From an uncultured Bacteroidota bacterium (GTDB lineage Bacteria > Bacteroidota > Bacteroidia > Bacteroidales > WCHB1-69), in contig CACYHG010000003.1 in NCBI GenBank assembly GCA_902774175.1, positions 7,730 through 71,729 on the forward strand: a stretch of 64,000 nt of DNA, read 5' to 3'. Position numbers and translations under genes: made by a program. The notes under the pieces were generated by a model. That model was not told the DNA's origin. It saw nothing but the letters and a program-made list of their open reading frames with translations, and did not search any database. This document shows, piece by piece, positions 26,429 to 36,290 of the stretch (position 1 is the first letter of the stretch; every line of letters begins with the position of its first letter).

Positions 26429-27406
26429 CTATCTGATCACCTTCCAATACCCGTTCTTCCGTGCACCAACACGAACGAAATATCCTGCAATTCTCCTATA
26501 TATATCCATCAATCTTTCCGCCACCTGCTTATTATCCAAACCATCGGCAATTATCTTTTCCCTACCATTAGTTTTCCCATTAAAAGCCATAGCTTTCTTA
26601 AGCAGTTCTGCCAATTCCTCGGGATTGCGAGTATTTGCCACATAACAGCCTTCGACTCCTTCCATTCTTTCCCGAACATCACCAACATCCGTTGAAACAA
26701 TCGGACATCCGCAAGCCATGGCCTCTTTGATAACCTGAGGTGAACCTTCGGATAAAGAGGTCATCAAAAAGGTATCTGCAGCACACATGAGTAGGGTTAC
26801 TTCATCGCGGGAATATCCCTTCAACTCCAGCAATTCAACACTTTTATCGTTTAATAAAGTTACGGATTCCTTGGCCAAAGGTGCGTTTTTCACTTTGTTG
26901 TTGAATGCTCCGGCAAAAAGGATGTATTTCTTATCAAAATCAAGTCCCATTTTTCGTCTTGCCTCAGATTTATCTGTCAGCTGCAAATCGGACAAATCTA
27001 TTCCGCAAGGCAAAAGCGTGTATTTCTTTGAGGGTTTGGCTATTTCCAACGTCTTTTGTGATACAAAAATGTTCCAAGCCGAAAAAAACATAGCCAATTT
27101 AGAAAAACGCAACACTTTTTTTTCGTTGATATCTGAGCCGTGATAAGTTGTTACAACCGGGATTTTTCGTTGAAAATTTGCCAAAAGGCCTGATAATCCA
27201 TAATGCGCATGAATTACATCAGGCTGATATTCAGAGATCATTTGTTTCAATGCTGATAAGTTCTTCAAATAGCCTCTGACGCCATTGCCCTGCAAACCGA
27301 AAAAAACAATCTCACAATCTGCAGCCTGCAACGCTGCGGCCTGCTCCAGAATAAATGGGGCAAACCGGCCTTTATTGAAAGATGCGACAATCAGAACTTT
27401 CATCAT
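26429..27406 (-). CDS. glycosyltransferase family 4 (GT-B)
   Basis: ORF trimmed to the ATG giving an ATGA overlap with the upstream stop (MMKVLIVASF). C-terminal E-x7-E region (SLSEGSPQVIKEAMACGCPIVSTDVGD). Confidence 0.88.
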   Translation of the reverse strand: MMKVLIVASFNKGRFAPFILEQAAALQAADCEIVFFGLQGNGVRGYLKNLSALKQMISEYQPDVIHAHYGLSGLLANFQRKIPVVTTYHGSDINEKKVLRFSKLAMFFSAWNIFVSQKTLEIAKPSKKYTLLPCGIDLSDLQLTDKSEARRKMGLDFDKKYILFAGAFNNKVKNAPLAKESVTLLNDKSVELLELKGYSRDEVTLLMCAADTFLMTSLSEGSPQVIKEAMACGCPIVSTDVGDVRERMEGVEGCYVANTRNPEELAELLKKAMAFNGKTNGREKIIADGLDNKQVAERLMDIYRRIAGYFVRVGARKNGYWKVIR

Positions 27407-28803
27407 AACCATCCCCGGCTTCCAATCTTGAAGTATGCCCAAGCCACCTCCATGACCACCACAATCACATACCAATAGTTCACAAACTTGTAGTTTTTTT
27501 TGTTCAGCACAGAAATACCGTATGCCCACATGATAATCAGGCAGGGTAGCCCCGGCAGCAGGAAACGCTCCGAATTGGCAAAGCCGCTGAGCGAGATTAC
27601 TCCCAAATATCCTATAACAAAAGATCCCACCAAAGAGAACTCACGCCAGTTCTTTTTCACAAACAACACCGTTGCCAAGGCAATCAGCACGAATATTCCC
27701 ATAAAATTACGTACATAATTGCCCGCATGTAACACCATTTGGTTATGCTGGTCCGTATCAACCATTGTGGAAAATGGCATCACGAACTCCATGGGGGCCA
27801 ATACCGTAGCAGTGGCATATTTCGCCCATTGGTTACCACGTATCGTCTGCTGTGTCCGTTTTACATCCTGATTGGATTCCCTGTTTTCCCACAATCCTTC
27901 GATTTCATTACTAATAGTTCCACCCGCCAATACCGCAATAGCCAACACCACCCAAAAGGCAAGCAAAACCTTCCGTCCTGCCTTTATCACCCTATCAGGA
28001 CTAAACATCACTGCCGTGGCAAATGAAAACAGCGCTACCGCACCCAAAACCGTCCGGAACAGGAAAAGGCTGCCAGCCAACAATAAAGGCAAAACAATAT
28101 TCCACCATGTGTATCTCTTTGCCCGCAACACATAATCGGCACGCTCCAGAAATGCTACAATCAGCAGCAACATTTCCGTCTCCTTCAGGTGCATGCCGCA
28201 ATAAATGATCAGATTAGGCATTAACATTGAAAATATACCAGCCATGCGACCCACCTGTTCGCCCATGCTACGGGCAGCCAAGCGATACAACAGCACGCAT
28301 GTAACAGCACTATAAACCGCCTTCATTGACCTTGCAACTAAAATGTTTGGTCCGAAGAGTTTATAGACGGTCGTAAGATACAAGACATATCCAGAATCAG
28401 AGACCCCAGCCCTTGAAGCAAACAGATAAAACCATGTCATTTTCCATGGCTCTCCCGCTAACCATTCGGCCTCACCATGATAGCCCAATGCATCCGCCGC
28501 ATCAAATTCAAACGGAATTCCTGTTTGGGACTGGTAAAAAAAGTAGGAAAACAGCACCCAGACAATACGCAGCAGCAAGGCGGTAACAAAAAGATCCTTA
28601 ATAAAATCCTTAACGGAAAGCCTCTGCCATTGAACCGTAAGACGATTGGATAACAGGAAGAAAAGCAAAATTTCCACTATACCAAGCACAATCCACACAA
28701 ATCCCATTGCATAGTTCATAAAGGCAATGCTGACCGCCGCCAGACTGATGGCATACAGCAGGATTCCCCGACTGGAAATTTGTTTGGGCAAAAAAGGAAC
28801 CAT
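27403..28803 (-). CDS. polytopic membrane protein, putative polymerase (Wzy-like) or GT-C glycosyltransferase
   Basis: 466 aa with at least 10 hydrophobic spans and one large loop. The only polytopic protein in the wza-proximal half of the locus. Family not resolved by eye. Confidence 0.6.
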   Translation of the reverse strand: MVPFLPKQISSRGILLYAISLAAVSIAFMNYAMGFVWIVLGIVEILLFFLLSNRLTVQWQRLSVKDFIKDLFVTALLLRIVWVLFSYFFYQSQTGIPFEFDAADALGYHGEAEWLAGEPWKMTWFYLFASRAGVSDSGYVLYLTTVYKLFGPNILVARSMKAVYSAVTCVLLYRLAARSMGEQVGRMAGIFSMLMPNLIIYCGMHLKETEMLLLIVAFLERADYVLRAKRYTWWNIVLPLLLAGSLFLFRTVLGAVALFSFATAVMFSPDRVIKAGRKVLLAFWVVLAIAVLAGGTISNEIEGLWENRESNQDVKRTQQTIRGNQWAKYATATVLAPMEFVMPFSTMVDTDQHNQMVLHAGNYVRNFMGIFVLIALATVLFVKKNWREFSLVGSFVIGYLGVISLSGFANSERFLLPGLPCLIIMWAYGISVLNKKNYKFVNYWYVIVVVMEVAWAYFKIGSRGWL

Positions 28804-29522
28804 TAGCCTAACAATTTGCGTTTTAATTTAATGAGATTGGTCATATTTCTTGCACCGACAATTTCTCCGATTTTGGCTTTCCAACCACCTCCGCCTTCTG
28901 TCCACGAACCAAGTCCAAGGTGTTCACAATAGGTATTGTCGGTTTTGAAATACTCACCAGTAGTCTGATGTGGGCAGAAATATTCCACCGGAAATACATG
29001 CAAATCTTTGTAGTCCTGCTCTTTACCATTTTGGACAAAACCGCTTTCCCGCATTTTGGCAGAAATGAACTGGACATTGGTTGTCAAATCAAAAGAATTA
29101 TCCGGAAGAACAAAGTGTCTGTCTTTATATGCCTCCAACATTTCCAGGACCCATTCGCCATGAGATTCAGAAGCCATCACGCAAGTGCCCACAGGCAGAT
29201 GTTTGCTCCCCTCTAATCCAGCAAAAGCCCTATAATCAAGCAAAGTATCAAAAGATTTGAATACTTCAACATCAGTATCCAAATATAATCCACCCTCATT
29301 ATACAATGCCCAAAGCCGGACATAATCGCTAACAAAAGCAAATTTTTTCGCTACGTATGCCTCTTTAGTATAAGGGATTTGGTTCACATCAAAATTATCC
29401 TCAGTCCAAAGCCTGTATTCCCAATCGGGCATGTACTTTTGCCAGCTTGCAATGCAATCCTTGGCCAATTGCGGCATTTCGCCACGACCGAACCAACAGT
29501 AATGTATGTTTTTTGGGATCAT
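28803..29522 (-). CDS. GT32-like glycosyltransferase (Gly_transf_sug type), paralog 1
   Basis: IHYCWFG..., YVRLWALYNEGGLYLDTDVEV (DXD). Confidence 0.85.
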   Translation of the reverse strand: MIPKNIHYCWFGRGEMPQLAKDCIASWQKYMPDWEYRLWTEDNFDVNQIPYTKEAYVAKKFAFVSDYVRLWALYNEGGLYLDTDVEVFKSFDTLLDYRAFAGLEGSKHLPVGTCVMASESHGEWVLEMLEAYKDRHFVLPDNSFDLTTNVQFISAKMRESGFVQNGKEQDYKDLHVFPVEYFCPHQTTGEYFKTDNTYCEHLGLGSWTEGGGGWKAKIGEIVGARNMTNLIKLKRKLLG

Positions 29523-29526
29523 TCCA

Positions 29527-30492
29527 TTAGTTCTTCAAATGCAACATAAAGCAAAGCAGCCTTGGAGACAGATTCGCACACTTGATTTTTCTCGTTCCCG
29601 TTTGGTTGGATTGGTATGTTGACAAGGGGAAAATATCTTTCTCCACCAATGCTTTCAAAACCATTTTCCTATTGGGATAATAGTTTGCAGCTACATAACT
29701 GATTATGGAAATCACAGTTTGGGCAACCATCCCCTCAAACCATCTTTTATCCTCCACCTGTTGCATTTGATCTTTCAACGCATCTATCAGCAACAATTTG
29801 TCATCAAGCACCTTCCTTTTCTTCTTCTCTTCCACACTTTGAGTGATAGATCCTTTACGTAACAGATAGTTGTAAACTATCTTATCGGTCGAAACTGCCC
29901 TACAGGCTTTCAGCAACAGCCGTGGAGTCCACTCTGTATCTTCAAAATAGATGCCTTCCTTGAAGTAACAATTGGTAAGCAATTCACGCCGCAATATGAA
30001 TTGACATGCATAACAAGCCGGACCGAGTCGCTCATTAAGGAAGGTCATGCCATCGCAAACCTCATCAGAATAATTTACAAACCTTTTGGAATCCTTGTTA
30101 GGCTCAACGACCTCATATTTTTCGTTCACGTTCCTATAGTTGAAGCGGAGCACATCCAACATGTCACTTTCCATCTTCTCTACCAGAGCTTTTAACACAT
30201 TGGGTTCCAAATAATCGTCAGAATCGACAAACTGGATGTATTTCCCTTCAGCTGCATCTATACCTCTATTTCGTGCCGCGCTCAATCCACCGTTTTGTTG
30301 ATGGATAACCTTCACATTGGGATTATTTTCAGCATATTCGTCACAAATCGCCCCGCCTTGATCAGTAGATCCGTCATCCACAAGAATTATTTCATAGTCA
30401 TCGGACAACAAATCCTGAACTAAAAGGCTGTCGATGCATTTGCGAAGATATTTCTCCACGTTATAAACAGGAACAATGATGCTCAACAACAT
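29527..30492 (-). CDS. glycosyltransferase family 2
   Basis: LSIIVPVYNVEKYL, VDDGSTD, FVDSDD. Confidence 0.9.
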   Translation of the reverse strand: MLLSIIVPVYNVEKYLRKCIDSLLVQDLLSDDYEIILVDDGSTDQGGAICDEYAENNPNVKVIHQQNGGLSAARNRGIDAAEGKYIQFVDSDDYLEPNVLKALVEKMESDMLDVLRFNYRNVNEKYEVVEPNKDSKRFVNYSDEVCDGMTFLNERLGPACYACQFILRRELLTNCYFKEGIYFEDTEWTPRLLLKACRAVSTDKIVYNYLLRKGSITQSVEEKKKRKVLDDKLLLIDALKDQMQQVEDKRWFEGMVAQTVISIISYVAANYYPNRKMVLKALVEKDIFPLSTYQSNQTGTRKIKCANLSPRLLCFMLHLKN

Positions 30493-30609
30493 ATCCTAAA
30501 ATGTTATTTCAATTTTTAAAACGCTGTTCTCACCAAAATGAAATTGATAGGGACAACCAAGCAATGCACTGGAATGGTCGCCCATTGTTCTGACCTCCCC
30601 AACCAAAGA

Positions 30610-30798
30610 TCACCTGTTCTCTCTTCCTTGTTTCATCTGATTGAGCATAAGCTCATACAGCTGGCGGTGTTTTTTCACTACCACATCAAGGATAACGCCA
30701 CAAAACCACAAAAGCATACCCATGATTGCAGTGGCGCCACAAACAATCAGCGTAGGATATCTCGGCACCAAACCCGTATGCAAATACTCGCTAAACAC
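30610..30798 (-). pseudogene. orphan two-TM fragment resembling the C-terminus of a membrane-anchored GT2 glycosyltransferase
   Basis: GTG-initiated 62-aa ORF (..TGLVPRYPTLIVCGATAIMGMLLWFCGVILDVVVKKHRQLYEL). An in-frame stop lies only ~17 codons upstream, so no catalytic domain is attached. Confidence 0.35.
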
Positions 30799-30842
30799 AG
30801 GGATAAAAAAAGCAATCGCGACAATCCATAGTACAATACTAA

Positions 30843-32325
30843 TTAGTCAACCCTTAAAAAGCCCCTTTTTCCCGTTCCACGGCTACAGCCGGTATCCGTT
30901 TCACAGGAGGCATAATCAATAATACGCTATAAAATGGCTGGAAAATCTCCAGACGCAACAGGGCAAAAAGAAGCCTCATGGCTCTTTTGAAGTTGAAAGC
31001 GGCAGCGGACAGCATCACATTGATGTTGTCACCAAACACCCTTGCATAGAAGTTCCGGCAGAGCCAGTGATCCGATTTCAGATGGCCGATGACTGGCTCT
31101 ATACCAGCTCGTTTGCAGAACAGTTCGTGCTTCTTCCGTTTGATGTAGTAACTGTCACCCTTATTCGGCACACCTGGTATCACCACCTCCGTCTGCTCTG
31201 ACCGCTTCTGGCCACGGTATCCGCGGTCCCCGGCAAGCAGCTTCGGCCTGCGGCCGGTCAAACGCTCTGTCTGTTCAAGGCTGGCATCAATCGTGTGTCC
31301 ATAATATTCGTTACGGAATGACAGTGCACCTACTATCAGTCCGTTCCATGTCCGGACAATGGAGACTTTGTTCCCGAACTCGTATTTCTTGTGTTCCTTC
31401 CCTTTGCTAATGCACTGGACTTCCGGTTCATGGAGCGAATAAATTTTGTCCTTGCTGTCCTTCCTCTGGGACAACACTTTGAAATACATGGCAATGCTTT
31501 CGGCATAACCCTCAAGCAAACCTCGCTTTTCAAGGTTGCGTTCCAGTTCGCGCAACAGACGTAGCGCAATTGTCTTCATCTTCCGGTCCGCTTTCAGTGC
31601 CTTCTTCCTGTTCTTCGGATGGTTGCGGAATCGCTGGTCCCGGGCGAGTTCCTTGACCACAAACTTGTAGCTCTGGCGCATCGGCAGCTTTAATTTACCG
31701 TTAATCTTCAACACCCTGCCGATAATCTTCCTGGTCAGTTTTGCATCTGTCGGAAACGTGACGTTCTTCTCCTGCACTGTCGAGTCGATGAACGCTTTGT
31801 CCGTCTCATCATGGTCATCGTTCACGCGAACACTTTCCTTGAGGATGAGTTCTATGCCCGACTCCCCGATGCGCTTGCGGAACGCCACAAGTTCCGTCGG
31901 CGTGCATGGAACTCCGGTCTGGAGCTCCTGCTCTCCACAGAAATACTGGTAGTACACATTCTCCTGCCACTGCTCCACAACACTCTCGTCAGAAACATTG
32001 CGCACGTGCTTCAGTATCAGCAGCCCCACCATCCTGCGGATGGGCTTGCACGGACGGCCATTGTCCTCGCAATAGAGGGGATTGAACGCCTCCTCAAACA
32101 CATTCCAATCTATCTTGTTGGCTAAAAGATATAACGGGTGCTTTTGGTTGAGTTGGGATTCCAAGTTGAAAAACAATGTCTGCTGGTTGCTACGTGTCGG
32201 TTTTGTGTACATGTTTCTGCAAGTTTTATGCTGCAAAGATAACACTTTTTTGCATTCAAAACACAATTTTTCTTAACTTTTTTTACACAATTTCAAATTG
32301 TTAAGGCTTTTTGAGGGGCGACTAA
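30843..32325 (-). mobile_element. IS5-family insertion sequence, intact (1483 bp)
   Basis: Terminal inverted repeats TTAGTCAACCCTTAAAAAGCC and TTAGTCGCCCCTCAAAAAGCC (18 of 21 identical). 4-bp direct target duplication CTAA at 30839..30842 and 32326..32329. Single DDE transposase ORF. Confidence 0.88.
30854..32212 (-). CDS. IS5-family DDE transposase
   Basis: ORF trimmed to MYTKPTRSNQQTLFF. N-terminal DUF772-like region (PCKPIRRMVGLLILKH) and DDE_Tnp_1 region (DSTVQEKN...LAGDRGY...IEPVIGHLK). Confidence 0.9.
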   Translation of the reverse strand: MYTKPTRSNQQTLFFNLESQLNQKHPLYLLANKIDWNVFEEAFNPLYCEDNGRPCKPIRRMVGLLILKHVRNVSDESVVEQWQENVYYQYFCGEQELQTGVPCTPTELVAFRKRIGESGIELILKESVRVNDDHDETDKAFIDSTVQEKNVTFPTDAKLTRKIIGRVLKINGKLKLPMRQSYKFVVKELARDQRFRNHPKNRKKALKADRKMKTIALRLLRELERNLEKRGLLEGYAESIAMYFKVLSQRKDSKDKIYSLHEPEVQCISKGKEHKKYEFGNKVSIVRTWNGLIVGALSFRNEYYGHTIDASLEQTERLTGRRPKLLAGDRGYRGQKRSEQTEVVIPGVPNKGDSYYIKRKKHELFCKRAGIEPVIGHLKSDHWLCRNFYARVFGDNINVMLSAAAFNFKRAMRLLFALLRLEIFQPFYSVLLIMPPVKRIPAVAVEREKGAF

Positions 32326-33412
32326 CTAACCTAACTACGATCTCGCATTCTTCTTTAGTCATCACCTGGCTAATCGGCAGACTCAATTCCTGCTTCGCCA
32401 AACGTTCAGTGATGGGAAGTTGCACGCCTTGCCACATTCCTGCATAACACTCCTGCAAATGCGGTGGAATGGGGTAATGTATCAAAGTTTGCACACCGTT
32501 TTCTTTGAGATATTGCTGAAGTTCATCCCTCCTTTCGCACAGGATTGGAAAAAGATGATAAACATTGTTCTCATCAGGCAAACGTTTGGGCAAGGTTATC
32601 AACGGGTTATTGATGTTGTCGTAGTAGAATGCTGCAACTTGTTGGCGCAAGCGGTTGTCCTCGTCCAGATGCCGCAGTTTCACATCAAGCACAGCAGCTT
32701 GCATCTCGTCCAAGCGGCTGTTGCGACCGCAATACTTGAACACATACTTTTTCGTGCTGCCATAATTGGCCAAGGCACGGATGCAGTCGGCCAGTGTCGT
32801 GTTGTCTGTCGTCACGGCGCCGCCATCGCCCAAGGCACCCAGGTTTTTGCCAGGATAGAAGCTATGGCCAGCAGCTTCGCCCAACGAACCTGTTTTTCTT
32901 CCCTGATAAGTACAGCCATGAGCCTGCGCGTTATCTTCCACCAGATGAAGATGGTATCGTTCGCATATCTCCCCTATCTTTTCCGTATAGGCGCAACGCC
33001 CATAGAGGTGCACCAAGAGGATGGATTTGGTTCGCGGCGTGATAGCCGCCTCTATCTTCGAGTCGTCCAGTTCCAAGGTATCGGGGTTAGGCTCCACCAA
33101 CACTGCCTTCAAGCCATTCTCGGTAATGGCCAATATCGAAGCGATATAGGTATTGGCGGACACGATGACCTCGTCGCCAGGCTGCATTACACCTAATTCG
33201 ATATAGGCACGATAAATCCAAATCAGCGCATCGAGACCGTTGGCACAGCCGATGCAATGCTTGGTGCCAATGTATTCGGCATAGTGTTGCTCAAAGGCTT
33301 CGTTCTCCTTGCCTTGGAGATACCAGCCGCTATCAACCACTCGTGACACAGCCTCGTGGATTTCATCGGCATACTTCGCCGTAATGTCCTTTAATGATAA
33401 AAAAGATATCAT
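32273..33412 (-). CDS. DegT/DnrJ/EryC1-family PLP aminotransferase (FdtB/QdtB-type), 3' end rewritten by the IS
   Basis: [24 protein letters not shown] (PLP lysine). Start trimmed to the ATGA overlap. The last ~17 codons and the stop lie inside the IS right end. Confidence 0.9.
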   Translation of the reverse strand: MISFLSLKDITAKYADEIHEAVSRVVDSGWYLQGKENEAFEQHYAEYIGTKHCIGCANGLDALIWIYRAYIELGVMQPGDEVIVSANTYIASILAITENGLKAVLVEPNPDTLELDDSKIEAAITPRTKSILLVHLYGRCAYTEKIGEICERYHLHLVEDNAQAHGCTYQGRKTGSLGEAAGHSFYPGKNLGALGDGGAVTTDNTTLADCIRALANYGSTKKYVFKYCGRNSRLDEMQAAVLDVKLRHLDEDNRLRQQVAAFYYDNINNPLITLPKRLPDENNVYHLFPILCERRDELQQYLKENGVQTLIHYPIPPHLQECYAGMWQGVQLPITERLAKQELSLPISQVMTKEECEIVVRLVSRPSKSLNNLKLCKKS

Positions 33413-33858
33413 ACTTTTCTGACAAACTTTGCTGGATTGCCAAACCAAACTTCACCTGCTGGCACATCCTTGGTTACTACACTTCCTATGCCAATCATGG
33501 CGTTTTCACCTATTGTAACACCACATAAGACAGCACTACCAGCTCCTATGCTTGCACCTTTCTTCACTATAGTCTTCTCCAATTTCCATTCAGCATTCTT
33601 TGCACGAGGATAGCGATCATTGGTAAAAGTGACGTTTGCACCAATACAAACATCGTCCTCCAATGTAATGCCATCCCATAGCTGCACTCCGCCCTTCACC
33701 GTAACGTGATTTCCTATTATCACATCATTCTCAATAAAGCAATGAGAACAAATGTTACAATACTCACCTATTTGTGCATCAGGCAGAATGACGCAGAACT
33801 GCCACACATTGGTGGAAGCTGGAACCGAAGCTTGGCAATCTGACAACGGATGTATCAT
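33409..33858 (-). CDS. LbH N-acetyltransferase (FdtC/QdtC, WxcM-like)
   Basis: 149 aa of hexapeptide repeats, flanked by the ketoisomerase and the aminotransferase. Confidence 0.82.
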   Translation of the reverse strand: MIHPLSDCQASVPASTNVWQFCVILPDAQIGEYCNICSHCFIENDVIIGNHVTVKGGVQLWDGITLEDDVCIGANVTFTNDRYPRAKNAEWKLEKTIVKKGASIGAGSAVLCGVTIGENAMIGIGSVVTKDVPAGEVWFGNPAKFVRKV

Positions 33859-34274
33859 AATTTCTTATATTTCAAAAACTCTTCATAATCACGGATGTAG
33901 TCTTCCGCCTCGTATTTCTCGCTTGCAAGCACCATACATACAGTTCCACCCGAAAAATCATCCAAATCACGCCATAAACCAGGAGCAACATACAAACCTT
34001 TCCATGGCTTGTCAAGCACAAAAGTTTTTTTATTTGTTCCATCATCCATGGTGACATGAACCGAACCGCTAGTGGCAATCATCAGCTGTTGCAACTGCTT
34101 GTGGGCATGAGCGCCACGTGCCGCCTCAGGCACCATATACAAATAATAAATACGTTTGATTTCAAAAGGTATGTCTATTCCTCCTTCTACTACAGACAAA
34201 TAGCCCCGATTATCGGAAAACCTTTGGATGTCAACCATTCTGCAATCATATACCGTTGTTCCTTTCGTATTCAT
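33855..34274 (-). CDS. cupin sugar 3,4-ketoisomerase (FdtA/QdtA, WxcM C-terminal type)
   Basis: ORF trimmed to [22 protein letters not shown]...RGAHAHK...WRDLDDFS cupin pattern. Confidence 0.82.
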   Translation of the reverse strand: MNTKGTTVYDCRMVDIQRFSDNRGYLSVVEGGIDIPFEIKRIYYLYMVPEAARGAHAHKQLQQLMIATSGSVHVTMDDGTNKKTFVLDKPWKGLYVAPGLWRDLDDFSGGTVCMVLASEKYEAEDYIRDYEEFLKYKKL

Positions 34275-34278
34275 GTTG

Positions 34279-35286
34279 TCAAGCACGTTTTTCAATGTCC
34301 TTTCTATAACTCGACTCCTTATATATGGCAAAAACCATAAATCCCAGCCAAGTAGATGCCACTTGCTTAGCCTGTTTAAGTTTTTGACTATCTGGAATTC
34401 TATTTGAATAATCTGAAACCAACCTCTTTGCCTTTCCATAGCATCTCTTGTGCAAAAGCAACAGGAACTCCTTGTAAAACACATATTCCTGCATCCCTTC
34501 TTCCGAAACGCAAGCATCCTGAGGGAAAAGCTCGTTGAGGTAACGGCGAATGTCCATCAAGCCTTTATGATAATCCAAATACTTGGAATGATTTACAGAA
34601 ACGAAGGTCGAAGACTCTTTATAAACCCGATACACGACAGTCAGTTCAGGGATATGGCCCCATTTTGCGTATTGCGACATCACGGCTTGCATAGGATAAT
34701 CCTCCACCGGGAAACCTCGGCGCACAAACTCATCAAAGTCAACCTTTTCGATTACCTCCTTTCTAATCAATAAGGATAATGGAGTCGCATAAATCCCACC
34801 TGGATAATCGGGAGAAAAAAAGAAAGGTTTGACATTGCCATCCTCGACTGGATGATGAGGAGCTATCGCATGGGGTATCAAACGGTTTTCGCGAACCAGC
34901 AACTTATATCCCGATGTTGAAACTACGCCATAATCGGGATGTTGATTTAAAAAAAACAACTGCTTTTGCAGCTTTTGTTCGTCGCACCAATAGTCGTCAC
35001 CTGCACAAATCGCCACAAAATCTCCCGAGCAGGCTTTCATCACCCTGGCAAAGTTGCCCATAATCCCCAAATTATGCGTATTGGGCAGCAACCGGACGAT
35101 GTCTGGATAACGCAAAGCATATTCCCGGCAAATGTTCCAAGTATTGTCTTTACTGCAATCCTCGCCCACCACCAGTTCCAGCTCAAAATCGCCTTTCTGC
35201 ATCAGGATGCTGTCGAGCGTTTGTGCGATGGTGTCCTGCTGGTTGTAGGTGATAACCGCTACAGAGATTTTAGGTCCGTTATTCAT
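34279..35286 (-). CDS. glycosyltransferase family 2
   Basis: ISVAVITYNQQDTI, GEDCSKD, AGDDYW. Start at the ATGA overlap. Confidence 0.88.
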   Translation of the reverse strand: MNNGPKISVAVITYNQQDTIAQTLDSILMQKGDFELELVVGEDCSKDNTWNICREYALRYPDIVRLLPNTHNLGIMGNFARVMKACSGDFVAICAGDDYWCDEQKLQKQLFFLNQHPDYGVVSTSGYKLLVRENRLIPHAIAPHHPVEDGNVKPFFFSPDYPGGIYATPLSLLIRKEVIEKVDFDEFVRRGFPVEDYPMQAVMSQYAKWGHIPELTVVYRVYKESSTFVSVNHSKYLDYHKGLMDIRRYLNELFPQDACVSEEGMQEYVFYKEFLLLLHKRCYGKAKRLVSDYSNRIPDSQKLKQAKQVASTWLGFMVFAIYKESSYRKDIEKRA

Positions 35287-36278
35287 CCTATATGCAACCA
35301 CTTTTTAATAATTGCCACCCACTGTCTGCGATGTCGCTTGGAATACCAATGGCCCGAATACCATATACGAATAAAGCGAAATGCTTTTTTATTCCTTTCA
35401 ATCGGCACACGCTCCACTTTGATGTACTCAGCAGGATGTTCCACATAATAACGGGTACTGGCCAACGAAGTCTCTCCTGAGTTGTCCCACCCGATGTTGT
35501 TGGACATGGCCGTCCCAGGATAGAGGCACAAACCACCCAAACGCCGCATGGAACTGTACCATTTGACATACCAGGTTTTCAGTGTACCATTGAAATTTCC
35601 GACAAGTTGGCGACTGAGATAGTCTTCTCCTTCAATATCAAACTCGTTCCACTTGTCCTGCCAATAAGCTACATGGTCAGCAGCATCGGGGTTATAATGT
35701 TGCCATGCGCGTTTCCATGTCGCCCAGCCGCCTGCGGGATAAGGACTGTCATAAAAAAACGTCGTCGGGAACTGTCCTCTATTGGGATACATCCAAGCGG
35801 ACACGTGCATCACTTTTTCATCATCTTTATAAAGTTCAAGGGCATCGTTAAGGTAAGTCAAACACCCACGTGTACATACAATATCATCCTCAAAAGCAAT
35901 TAAGCGACCATATTGGTTGACGATTTCCGTAACTGCTCCGACAATGTTATCCGCCAAACCTATATTCTTCTCACGCTCCACCACATGTACTTCTTTGAAG
36001 CCTGTCTGTAGATGTGCCACTTGCCTGGTTGAGTCAACACGTTTCAAATACGCCTCGTATTCGCCTTTCGAACAATGCATCAAGCCATAGCGCTTGGCAA
36101 TATACGGCTCATGTCCTATTGCTCCCTGTTCATCGTCTCCGCCCCATTCTCTTGCGCCATCGCAATACACATACAACACCGACTCACCTGCCAAATCATT
36201 GGCAGCAAGCGCTGCAAGCGTCTGGCTCAAATGGTCAGGACGATCGTAAGCAAAGACCACAACAGGGGCTAAAACCAT
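35283..36278 (-). CDS. GT-A-fold glycosyltransferase (GNT-I-like)
   Basis: VVVFAYDRPDHLSQTLAAL and FEDDIV (DXD-like). Family assignment tentative. Confidence 0.65.
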   Translation of the reverse strand: MVLAPVVVFAYDRPDHLSQTLAALAANDLAGESVLYVYCDGAREWGGDDEQGAIGHEPYIAKRYGLMHCSKGEYEAYLKRVDSTRQVAHLQTGFKEVHVVEREKNIGLADNIVGAVTEIVNQYGRLIAFEDDIVCTRGCLTYLNDALELYKDDEKVMHVSAWMYPNRGQFPTTFFYDSPYPAGGWATWKRAWQHYNPDAADHVAYWQDKWNEFDIEGEDYLSRQLVGNFNGTLKTWYVKWYSSMRRLGGLCLYPGTAMSNNIGWDNSGETSLASTRYYVEHPAEYIKVERVPIERNKKAFRFIRIWYSGHWYSKRHRRQWVAIIKKWLHIG

Positions 36279-36290
36279 TTCAAACTGGCA

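Noticed and set aside
27487-27500. Homopolymer tracts (T8 at 27494..27501, A9/T9 at 49607..49615, 52222..52230, 54612..54620, A10 at 3506..3515) as possible slipped-strand phase switches
   Set aside because: The tracts are short, mostly intergenic or in a pseudogene. The coding one encodes Lys-Lys near a C-terminus. There is no evidence of frame disruption in this sequence.
26429-27529. N-terminal extensions of listed ORFs overlapping upstream genes: 26429..27529, 33855..34517, 51216..52220, 52262..53587, 18084..18977, 575..1414, 30854..32266
   Set aside because: In each case an internal ATG gives a canonical N-terminus (signal peptide, GT start, ATGA coupling) and removes a long overlap with the preceding gene, so the trimmed coordinates are used.
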